A DNA stretch of 34,868 bases from the IMG/VR virus record IMGVR_UViG_3300032227_000395, positions 1-34,868 of that record. One strand, written 5' to 3'. Below, piece by piece: positions 7,635 to 14,912 of the stretch. The stretch comes from a virus (lineage: Duplodnaviria > Caudoviricetes). The position numbers were made by a program, and so were the translations under genes. The notes under the pieces were generated by a model. It worked only from the letters and a program-made list of their open reading frames with translations, had not been told where the DNA came from and searched no databases. Each line of letters begins with the position of its first letter. Position 1 is the stretch's first letter.

Positions 7635-8597
7635 TTATTGTGTTTGCTTTAAGGTTTGTATATACTCAGCCAAAAGCCTGTCAACTTCATCGTCGTACGC
7701 CTTTTTCTTTGCCGCGGGTGACGAAGTCTGGTAAGCTGTGTAAATCTTCCCCGCCTGTCCATATAAAATAGCTGGAGTGAAGTTGGCTTTTAACCATTTG
7801 TCAGGCAGGCTCCAAGCGGCTTGTAAAAATACTTTTAATGCTTCATTTGTATCGTTATTCCGGTCAACTTTTTCAAGCCAACGCAACAAATATACCATGC
7901 CTCCAGCATCTTTTGGACTCATAATATAATGCCCCTTTTGGTCTGTTGGGTACGCGGCGCCTGATAATTGTTCAAAGGTTTTGCAGAACACGGTGAAAGC
8001 TTCGTATGTCGGGTTTGGCTTGCGCTCGGGTTTTGGCTCGGTGCTTTCTTCTTTTCTTTTCGCGGAACTTTTCTTTTCTTCTTTTTCACTTTGCAACTTA
8101 GCAACAATTGTAAACGGGTTTACTTTGGAACTTTGAGAATCTTCAATTGTAATTTTTTCGAAGGTGGAAAACTCGTTTTCAAACTCTTTGTTTAAGTCTA
8201 TATTTATAATAGTCTTTCTTTGTTCTAAGTCTTTATTTATTAGTGACGACTTTTCCCGTGTCGGTTTTTTACCGTAGCGGATTTTTACCGTGTCGGCTTT
8301 TTTAGTACACGGTGAAAAATTTAAAGTATAATCATAACTATCAAATTTTCCAACTTCCCTTCTTTGTTCCCTGTCTAAATATCCTGTTTCCAGAAGTTCT
8401 TCAATGTATTTCCTAAGGGTATCCTTAGTATAACCCAGTTCCTTTGCCATTACGCCCTGGTAAAATTTCCAGTCATCAGGCATGGAAGCCATGTAGCAAA
8501 ATATAAAACGAGCGCGGTCGCTTAGGCTTTTGTTCCGTATAATGTCATTCGGGATAATGGTAAAATTATCTTTGATTTTGTTGTTTAGCTTGTTCAT
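7635..8597 (-). CDS. replication initiator (lambda O-like, N-terminal HTH)
   Basis: NFTIIPNDIIRNKSLS..AR..Y..S.PDDW..LG...T....I.EL...GY domain; internal DNA repeats. Confidence 0.8.
   Translation of the reverse strand: MNKLNNKIKDNFTIIPNDIIRNKSLSDRARFIFCYMASMPDDWKFYQGVMAKELGYTKDTLRKYIEELLETGYLDREQRREVGKFDSYDYTLNFSPCTKKADTVKIRYGKKPTREKSSLINKDLEQRKTIINIDLNKEFENEFSTFEKITIEDSQSSKVNPFTIVAKLQSEKEEKKSSAKRKEESTEPKPERKPNPTYEAFTVFCKTFEQLSGAAYPTDQKGHYIMSPKDAGGMVYLLRWLEKVDRNNDTNEALKVFLQAAWSLPDKWLKANFTPAILYGQAGKIYTAYQTSSPAAKKKAYDDEVDRLLAEYIQTLKQTQ
8249..8319. repeat. iteron-like 16-bp repeats, probable replication origin
   Basis: TTTT(A/C)CCGnnnCGG units ending at 8264, 8280, 8296 and (degenerate/inverted) 8312. 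Confidence 0.7.
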
Positions 8598-9100
8598 AAT
8601 TCTATGATTTCAAATAATTCTTTTGGAATAATATTAACATCTAATTTAACAAAAGCAGACGTATGTGATTTATTTCCTTTAACCGTCGTTTTATTAACTA
8701 TTTCTTCATGTTTGTTTTTTAAAGGTATAAACCATTTTTTAAATTTTTGGTAATCTAATTGTATAAATTTATTAACCTTTTCGCATACAAAAAAAATATA
8801 TGTAGCCTTGCATGAATTTAACCAATCATTAAGTATATGTCTGTTATTTATATCATATACTGTTTCAATATTAATGTAATTAATATTTTGAATAGTTTTA
8901 ACTTCAATCCTCGGTCTAAAAAAGACAATGTCATTCTTTGTAAATTCAATAACAAAATCAATATCCATCTCTCTATAAGTTTTATCCTTCCTTTTATCTA
9001 TGTATATATAATTATTTTTATTAAACCAATTAATAATTAAATCTTCAGATTTAACTCCAATAGATATGTCACTTTTGTAGGTTGTGGTTTTATCATTCAT
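8594..9100 (-). CDS. PD-(D/E)xK nuclease, possible restriction endonuclease-like
   Basis: G.KSE..., DIDF..IEVKT..INIET motif; overlaps the end of the MTase gene. Confidence 0.7.
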   Translation of the reverse strand: MNDKTTTYKSDISIGVKSEDLIINWFNKNNYIYIDKRKDKTYREMDIDFVIEFTKNDIVFFRPRIEVKTIQNINYINIETVYDINNRHILNDWLNSCKATYIFFVCEKVNKFIQLDYQKFKKWFIPLKNKHEEIVNKTTVKGNKSHTSAFVKLDVNIIPKELFEIIEL

Positions 9101-10346
9101 TTATATTATTTTTAATCATGCAATAATTTTCATAATCCAATTCACATAACCAGTAATTTCTATTTAATTCTTTAGCGGCTATTCCTGTACTACCATGCCC
9201 AGCAAAAGGGTCAACAACTATATCGTTCTGTAAAGTTGTACTTTCAATCAATTTTTTTATTAAATCAATTGGCTTTGATGTTGGGTGATTTGTTCTTATG
9301 TCAAAACCTTCTAAAACATCCGGATGCCTGTAATTTAATTTTACTTTTCCTTTTGTTGCATAAATTATTCTTTCATGCTTAGGTGCAAAGGAATAAATCA
9401 AATCCCCAGTACCATGATTGTTTTTATTCCATATCAATACATTTTTAACCTCAAAGCCAATATCTTCAATTAATTCAATAAAGTATTTTTCTTGCTTCCA
9501 GCCTATAAAGCAAAACAAAGCGGAGTTTTCATCCATCTTATTATAAAGTTTACTAAATACCTTATTAACGGTTTCAATCGCTAAATCTAAATTTTCATCA
9601 TTAGAAATACCTTTGTCTTTTTCAGATACAGTTCTTCTATTTGATATATAATTCATTCCATACGGAGGATCGGTTATAACGCACTTAATCTTAAAATCTA
9701 TTTTATCAATAAAATTTATTGAATCACCATTAAATACATTTGATATTTCTATTGATTCAACGTGTTTAATTATTTCATATTTTTCTTTTCTTGTTTCTTC
9801 AATCTTCTCCTCCTTCTTAATTTCCTTGTATGCTTCATTGATTGACATTGTTCCAGTGTTCAACCTTGCTTTCACTTCGGGTGTCGCGGTTGCTTCAATC
9901 TTTTTTACTTTGGCAATGGTGTCGTGTGAAACATTAGCAATTTTAGCAAGTTCCTTTTTTGTAGATATTTCTGGTAATGACTCGTCAGATATCTGACTAG
10001 TAGTCTTTCTAAATTGTTCTTTCTCCTTTGCCTTTTCCCGAAACACATCTTCAAGCTGCAAGGCTAAAACACTCCTTTGGTAATTAGATAAATTTCGCCT
10101 TCCAAATTGGTTGTTAATCATCCATTCCTTAACACTATTTAAATTTTCAAACTCCTTTTCAAGTGTTTCGTAATTCATGTCATGTTCTTGCGCAATCCTG
10201 AATCGATTGTGCCCGTCGATTAAAATACCATTCCATGTTATTAATGGCTCCCTTATTCCTTCTTCAAGAATATTGCGTTCAAGCTGCTTAAATTCCTCGT
10301 TTGATAATGGGGGAATAAGGCTTTCAAGTTCCTGTAATATTTGCAT
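9093..10346 (-). CDS. ParB-like domain fused to an N6A/N4C DNA methyltransferase (beta class)
   Basis: LIDGHNR, NQFGRRNL; TDPPY, HPTSKP, DPFAGHGSTG. Confidence 0.9.
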   Translation of the reverse strand: MQILQELESLIPPLSNEEFKQLERNILEEGIREPLITWNGILIDGHNRFRIAQEHDMNYETLEKEFENLNSVKEWMINNQFGRRNLSNYQRSVLALQLEDVFREKAKEKEQFRKTTSQISDESLPEISTKKELAKIANVSHDTIAKVKKIEATATPEVKARLNTGTMSINEAYKEIKKEEKIEETRKEKYEIIKHVESIEISNVFNGDSINFIDKIDFKIKCVITDPPYGMNYISNRRTVSEKDKGISNDENLDLAIETVNKVFSKLYNKMDENSALFCFIGWKQEKYFIELIEDIGFEVKNVLIWNKNNHGTGDLIYSFAPKHERIIYATKGKVKLNYRHPDVLEGFDIRTNHPTSKPIDLIKKLIESTTLQNDIVVDPFAGHGSTGIAAKELNRNYWLCELDYENYCMIKNNINE

Positions 10347-10350
10347 AGGT

Positions 10351-10451
10351 AAAATAAAAAATGCTCAACGGGTAGGAGTCCATTGAGCAAGGTGAAACAA
10401 GATTGTGTTGTTTCAAGTACCTTTTGAATCGCTCCTACCTGATTCAAAAGG
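10351..10451 (-). ncRNA. three-hairpin leader RNA with complementary loops and terminator (attenuator-like)
   Basis: Hairpins at 10420-10451, 10393-10415 and 10362-10389 plus a T-run; GGTAGGAG and CTCCTACC are complementary. Confidence 0.7.
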
Positions 10452-10456
10452 ATATA

Positions 10457-10464
10457 CAAATATA
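10457..10464 (-). promoter_or_regulatory. Bacteroidota sigma70 -7 element
   Basis: TATATTTG matches TAnnTTTG, 5 nt upstream of the first hairpin. Confidence 0.65.
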
Positions 10465-10482
10465 ACCTATTTTTTATTCTTT

Positions 10483-11052
10483 TTACCTTTTTACAAATAA
10501 TAATCCCCAGCTGGTCACCTCATACGCATCCCTTATGAACTTAAACCCAAACTTTGAAAACAAGGCAATCCATTGTTCTTTTGTTTTCAAGTTAATGTGC
10601 CCCCATTCCGCGTCCCATTCTGGCGTGGTTGCATGGGGCGTGGACGTGAAATAAAAATACTTTTTGCAAACCCGAGATAACATTGGCATAACCTTAGATA
10701 TTTCTTCTTCGGTCATGTGTTCAAAAACCTCAGTCGAATAAATGGCGTCGTATTGCCCTACCAGTATCAACTCACCATTAGCCAATATATAATTCATAGG
10801 TTTAATTCCCTTGCTAATTGCAAAATCCCTTTCATACGGGTTAATATCGTAGCCTACATGATTATCTAATCCAACGCGCTGGCATGCTGAAAGGAAAAAG
10901 CCTAATCCAGAACCAAATTCAAAAACAGATTCGCAGCCCAAACTTTGCAAAACCCTGGCGCCGTTCATGTGCAAGTTAACAAGTGGCTCGTAGTCCGTGG
11001 TGGTAAAACCAAGTTCAACGGATTTGTCAAAAAAGAATTTGTTATCAATCAT
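10483..11052 (-). CDS. class I SAM-dependent methyltransferase (non-DNA type)
   Basis: VFEFGSGLG, GYDIN, YDAIYSTEVFEHM, GHIN. Confidence 0.85.
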   Translation of the reverse strand: MIDNKFFFDKSVELGFTTTDYEPLVNLHMNGARVLQSLGCESVFEFGSGLGFFLSACQRVGLDNHVGYDINPYERDFAISKGIKPMNYILANGELILVGQYDAIYSTEVFEHMTEEEISKVMPMLSRVCKKYFYFTSTPHATTPEWDAEWGHINLKTKEQWIALFSKFGFKFIRDAYEVTSWGLLFVKR

Positions 11053-11069
11053 TTGTTTGTTTTTAATTG

Positions 11070-11162
11070 TAGCAAGGACAGGATTTGAACCTGCATAGAA
11101 TCATAACACGTATGTAGGATTCTTGTCATAAGCACTTAGCGTCTAACTTCCGCCACCTTGCT
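11070..11162 (-). ncRNA. tRNA-like RNA 1 (Leu-type D arm, no valid anticodon arm)
   Basis: Acceptor AGCAAGG/CCTTGCT, TGGCGGAA..TAGACGC, T arm GCAGG-TTCAAAT-CCTGT; 44-nt noncanonical middle; no encoded CCA. Confidence 0.75.
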
Positions 11163-11168
11163 AAATTT

Positions 11169-11256
11169 GAGGGAGAGAACCCCTCTGTGTTGGTAACTAC
11201 CTTCTCATTTTGTTAGTTACTGTTTAGATTATATTCCTTTCTCAAGGGAACAACAC
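11169..11256 (-). ncRNA. conserved-scaffold structured RNA, copy 1 (40-nt variable insert)
   Basis: GTGTTGTTCCCTTGAGAAAGGAAT-[40 nt]-CAACACAGAGGGGTTCTCTCCCTC. Confidence 0.7.
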
Positions 11257-11273
11257 ATTTGTTTTTTCGACTT

Positions 11274-11492
11274 TTAAATTTTAAAAGAAAACTTTTCTCC
11301 TAAAATCTCTAACCTTTGACCTAAGACTTGCAAATACTCATTCATCAATCTTGATTGTTTGTAAAGTAAATCTTTATTTTGGCGGTCTAAATCAACAAAT
11401 GCTTGTGTACGCATAAAATCGTTTAAAGCATTTGTTTTTGTTGCTAATTCTTGTGCTTCAATTAGAAGTCTGTCATAAAATGAATTTTCCAT
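11274..11492 (-). CDS. crAss001_48 / T4 Y16Q-like helical protein, candidate anti-defence nucleotide sponge
   Basis: RL..E..EL..K..AL..F.....F..L......LL..Q...M..Y..VL..R pattern, recognised from memory of the family. Confidence 0.7.
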   Translation of the reverse strand: MENSFYDRLLIEAQELATKTNALNDFMRTQAFVDLDRQNKDLLYKQSRLMNEYLQVLGQRLEILGEKFSFKI

Positions 11493-11516
11493 TTTTATTT
11501 TAGTTTTTAAAGTTAG

Positions 11517-11615
11517 TAGTTAGGACAGGATTCGAACCTGTAATATCAAGTACTCATTTTTACCGTTAGGAATTACCCCACTGACTTGTGCGTCTACCAA
11601 TTCCGCCACCTGACT
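11517..11615 (-). ncRNA. tRNA-like RNA 2 (32-nt loop in place of the anticodon loop)
   Basis: AGTCAGG/CCTAACT, TGGCGGAATTGGTAGACGC, stem CAAGT/ACTTG, ACAGG-TTCGAAT-CCTGT. Confidence 0.8.
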
Positions 11616-11620
11616 ATTTT

Positions 11621-11764
11621 GAGGGAGAGAACCCCTCTGTGTTGTAGAAATCTCGCTTACTCATTTCAGCTACATTACCCAGATGTTACAGATACTTATA
11701 TCTACTTTGTCTGCTATGGTTGTAATGTATGGGTTAAGACATTCCTTTCTCAAGGGAACAACAC
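11621..11764 (-). ncRNA. conserved-scaffold structured RNA, copy 2 (96-nt variable insert)
   Basis: Terminal blocks identical to copy 1; insert contains TACATTAC/GTAATGTA and AGATA/TATCT stems. Confidence 0.7.
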
Positions 11765-11773
11765 TTATTAATT

Positions 11774-11855
11774 CTGCAAGTGAAGGAATCTAATCTTCGT
11801 TTTGCCCCACATATACAAATATGTGCACCACGTTTTAACACTAAACTAACTTGCG
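11774..11855 (-). ncRNA. tRNA-like RNA 3 (degenerate)
   Basis: GCAAGT/ACTTGC acceptor, GTTT-AGTGTTA-AAAC D arm, GAAGA-TTAGATT-CCTTC T-like arm, central CACATAT-TTGT-ATATGTG hairpin. Confidence 0.55.
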
Positions 11856-11858
11856 CAA

Positions 11859-11887
11859 CAAAGATAATAAATTTACTTTAAAACAAA
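11859..11887 (-). promoter_or_regulatory. leftward Bacteroidota promoter
   Basis: TTTG (11884-11887), 17-nt spacer, TATCTTTG (11859-11866). Confidence 0.75.
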
Positions 11888-11912
11888 TTTAATTTAAATA
11901 AAAAAATAAACT

Positions 11913-11920
11913 TATCTTTG
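11913..11920 (+). promoter_or_regulatory. rightward Bacteroidota -7 element
   Basis: TATCTTTG 16 nt upstream of the ssb ATG. Confidence 0.7.
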
Positions 11921-11936
11921 CATAAAGAAAATTACT

Positions 11937-12314
11937 ATGATAAAATTAATCGTTTCGGGCCGCGTTGGACAGGATGCTGAAATAAAAAACGTGGGTGATA
12001 ATGCCGTTTGTTCTTTCTCAGTTGCACACACGGAAAAGGTTTATAGCCCAACGCCGTCAGAAAAAACAATCTGGATAACTTGTTCAATCTGGGGCGAACG
12101 TGGTATTAAACTTGCGCCTCACATTGTAAAAGGTACTTATGTCGTTGTTGAAGGATCGGGCGGCGTGAATGCGTACATGAAAAACGGCGAAGCGGCGGCG
12201 GTTATTCGTTGCATGGTTAATTCAATAGAATTTGGAGGCAAGCCAACGACTGGTGAAAACCAAAAGGTATCTGAGGCAACAACTTTTAAACCTGAATCAG
12301 ATTTCCCTTTTTAA
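11937..12314 (+). CDS. ssb: single-stranded DNA-binding protein
   Basis: GRVGQDAE, FSVA, W..C.IWG, KG..V.VEG and an acidic DFPF tail. Confidence 0.93.
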   Translation: MIKLIVSGRVGQDAEIKNVGDNAVCSFSVAHTEKVYSPTPSEKTIWITCSIWGERGIKLAPHIVKGTYVVVEGSGGVNAYMKNGEAAAVIRCMVNSIEFGGKPTTGENQKVSEATTFKPESDFPF

Positions 12315-12316
12315 AC

Positions 12317-12541
12317 ATGAACGCAGAACGCAAACGAGAATACAGGGCGCAAATGCCTGAATATCAAAAAGCAAAGTACCTTGAATATTTAAGGAAGAAA
12401 TACGATGCTTTAAGCGATGAACAAAAGGCTCAAGTAATAGCCAAAAGGAAGGCTCATTACGAAGCCAATAAAGAAAGATTAAAAAAGTACCAAAGAGAGA
12501 GGTATTACAAAATGAAAAACAAAGAAAATGAATGCAAATAA
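12317..12541 (+). CDS. basic hypothetical protein
   Basis: 74 aa, K/R/Y/E-rich. Confidence 0.65.
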   Translation: MNAERKREYRAQMPEYQKAKYLEYLRKKYDALSDEQKAQVIAKRKAHYEANKERLKKYQRERYYKMKNKENECK

Positions 12542-12701
12542 AGGGAATGGCTCGGTTTTTAGTGTCTCTTATCGAGATGAAAAGCTAAGAAACAAGCTTC
12601 TTGATTTACAATTTCGGCTCTGGAATGAAACAAAAGTTAAGCATTCAATGGAGCAAGTATTGTATTTACTTTTGGAAACCTACGAAAAACAAAGTAAATG
12701 A
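12528..12701 (+). CDS. small protein, possible ribbon-helix-helix regulator (57 aa, not in the ORF track)
   Basis: MNANKGNGSVFSVSYRDEKLRNKLLDLQFRLWNETKVKHSMEQVLYLLLETYEKQSK; ATGA overlap with the next gene. Confidence 0.55.
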   Translation: MNANKGNGSVFSVSYRDEKLRNKLLDLQFRLWNETKVKHSMEQVLYLLLETYEKQSK

Positions 12702-13702
12702 GATTAGGCATCGTTGTAAATTTAACCAGCCCAACAACCGACTACTATCGTTCGGTTAATCCATTTATGCGGCTTCGTTCACAAATAGCAAACCTTACTA
12801 TAAAATACCTTAATCCAGAAACAGTAAAATGGTATGATTTTCACGACGTTGATGTTTTACTTTTCCAACGTCCCAACGGTGACGGTATGTTATCAATGAT
12901 AGCTGAGGCGCGGAAAATGGGTAAGAAGGTTATTTTAGACCACGACGATTTATTGCACGAAGTAAATTTAGCCAACCCAGCGTCGGAACACTTCGGGAAA
13001 ACAAAAGTTAAGGAGTCAGTGGAAAAGGCTTTTAAATATGCTGATTACATAATGGTATCAACGCCATTCTTAAAGGAATTTTACAAACAATTCTTTGACG
13101 AAAGTAAAATAATGGTTATTCCTAATGCCATTGATTTTCAAGTTACGCCGTTTGTTCCCGTTCGCAAAGATAAACTTGAAACAAAGCAAAAGCGGATCAT
13201 TTGGCGCGGGTCAATGACACATATCGAGGACTTGAAAACGATTGATACATTTTGGAAGGCGATAAGCAAGCGAAAGGATACGGAAGTTGCATTCATTGGA
13301 CTTCCTGAGTGGTTGGGAAAAACCTTGTATCCAAATATTAAAGTTCTTCCCTGGAACAATTCCCTTTTCCAGTATTTTGAGTTAATTAAAAACAGTGCGC
13401 CACATTACGGCGTTTTCCCTTTAACCATTGACAATTTTAATCAGGCGAAGTCCAATAACTTTGCTATGGAGATGCTTGTAGCTGGTTGTATTTCTTATGC
13501 ACCTGAGGCAATCAAGGAATTTTGCATTCCTTCGGTTAGGACTTACAAAGATGAACAGGATTTAAGCAACAAATTTGCTAAGCATTTGGAGAAAGATGAC
13601 GCTTACTTTGCAGACTTAAAGACTGGGCGTGAATGGCTAAGTAATGAAAGGGACTTGTTAGATGTAAATGAATTAAGGATAAACGTATTAAACGCTTTAT
13701 GA
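12698..13702 (+). CDS. GT-B fold glycosyltransferase
   Basis: YYR..P, FQR, DHDDLL, AD.I.VST..L, VIPNAID, WRGS.TH..DL, PL....FN.AKSN. Confidence 0.85.
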   Translation: MRLGIVVNLTSPTTDYYRSVNPFMRLRSQIANLTIKYLNPETVKWYDFHDVDVLLFQRPNGDGMLSMIAEARKMGKKVILDHDDLLHEVNLANPASEHFGKTKVKESVEKAFKYADYIMVSTPFLKEFYKQFFDESKIMVIPNAIDFQVTPFVPVRKDKLETKQKRIIWRGSMTHIEDLKTIDTFWKAISKRKDTEVAFIGLPEWLGKTLYPNIKVLPWNNSLFQYFELIKNSAPHYGVFPLTIDNFNQAKSNNFAMEMLVAGCISYAPEAIKEFCIPSVRTYKDEQDLSNKFAKHLEKDDAYFADLKTGREWLSNERDLLDVNELRINVLNAL

Positions 13703-14901
13703 TAATCGAGAAAAAGAAAATATCTGACTTAATCCCAGCACCGTACAACCCACGACAAAGCACGGCGAAGCAGGAAAAGCACTTGAAAGAAAGCCTTCAA
13801 AAGTTTGGATTGGTTGAACCGATTATTTATAATAAACAAACTGGGTACATTGTCGGCGGACATTTCCGTGTCCGTGAACTTAAAAAACTGGGCATCAATG
13901 AAATTGAATGCGTTATCGTTGATTTGAATGAGGCAGATGAAAAGGAATTGAATATACGTTTAAATGCAAACACGGGCAGTTGGGACTGGGATACACTTGC
14001 GAACGATTGGGAGGTTGTGGACCTGGAGGCATGGGGCTTGGACATACCTCAGTTTGAGACGGTGGAGGAATTGGAGGCAAGTGAGGACGATTACGAAGTC
14101 CCTGAGGGAGGCATTGAAACGGACATTGTCATTGGTGACTTGTTTGAAATTGGGGAACATCGGTTGCTTTGTGGAGATAGCACGGATTCGGACGCGGTGG
14201 CACGGTTAATGGACGGGGAAAAGGCGGACATGGTATTTACAGACCCGCCGTATGGGATTGACGTTGTAAAAAATATCAAAATTGGCGAAGATAAAGAAGC
14301 AACTTTTCAAGGAGTTGTCGGAGGTGGTGGTGGGGCGACTAAAAAAGGTAAAAATAAAATAGTTAATGCAAAAGTTTATGAAAAAATAATTGGAGATTAT
14401 ACAACTGAAACCGCAAAAGAATTTTATCAAACTTGTATTTCATTTGGAATGAAAAACTTCATTATTTGGGGTGGAAATTATTTTACCGACTTTTTGCCAG
14501 TATCGGCTTGTTGGGTTATTTGGGATAAAGAAAATAGCGGTAATTTTGCAGATGTGGAAATAGCTTGGACTTCTTTTGATAAGGGTTCAAAGTTATATAA
14601 ATGGATGTGGAATGGCATGAGTAGAAAAGGAAGTAGAGAACTTGAAGGCAGAACAAGAGTTCATCCAACACAAAAACCAGTAGGTTTATTTGGAGATATT
14701 TTTAATGATTTTCCTTTCCAAATTTGCTTTGACGGCTTTCTCGGCAGTGGTTCAACAATGGTAGCCGCGCACCAACTTAAACGCCGTTGTTATGGCATGG
14801 AGCTTGAACCAAAGTATTGTCAAGTTATCATTGACAGGATGCGTAAACTTGATTCAACATTGATTATCAAGCGCAATGGCATTGAGTATAATTCTCGTTA
14901 A
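13699..14901 (+). CDS. ParB-like domain fused to a DNA methyltransferase (N6A/N4C)
   Basis: YNPR, IVGGHFR; HRLLCGDS, FTDPPY, HPTQKP, DGFLGSGST. Confidence 0.92.
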   Translation: MIIEKKKISDLIPAPYNPRQSTAKQEKHLKESLQKFGLVEPIIYNKQTGYIVGGHFRVRELKKLGINEIECVIVDLNEADEKELNIRLNANTGSWDWDTLANDWEVVDLEAWGLDIPQFETVEELEASEDDYEVPEGGIETDIVIGDLFEIGEHRLLCGDSTDSDAVARLMDGEKADMVFTDPPYGIDVVKNIKIGEDKEATFQGVVGGGGGATKKGKNKIVNAKVYEKIIGDYTTETAKEFYQTCISFGMKNFIIWGGNYFTDFLPVSACWVIWDKENSGNFADVEIAWTSFDKGSKLYKWMWNGMSRKGSRELEGRTRVHPTQKPVGLFGDIFNDFPFQICFDGFLGSGSTMVAAHQLKRRCYGMELEPKYCQVIIDRMRKLDSTLIIKRNGIEYNSR

Positions 14902-14912
14902 AAACTCGTTTT

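Noticed and set aside
10253-10459. 68-aa ORF over the MTase leader
   Set aside because: Begins within the promoter element and overlaps the structured leader and MTase start. A leader peptide is possible but unsupported.
11070-11615. Calling the tRNA-like RNAs functional tRNA-Leu/Ile/His
   Set aside because: RNA 1's CT-TAT-GA loop has only 2 stem pairs; RNA 2 has a 32-nt loop without U33. No credible anticodon.
11169-11764. HDV-like theta ribozyme or hammerhead identity for the scaffold RNA
   Set aside because: No conserved P3/L3 before the P1 3' strand, no GG for P1.1 and no CUGAnGA core. Self-cleavage by another fold is not excluded.
11166-11764. CRISPR mini-array
   Set aside because: Two different alternating constant blocks, inserts of 40 and 96 nt, and no cas operon.
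11586-11771. 61-aa + strand ORF
   Set aside because: Antisense to tRNA-like 2 and scaffold RNA 2, non-ATG start, no protein-like features.
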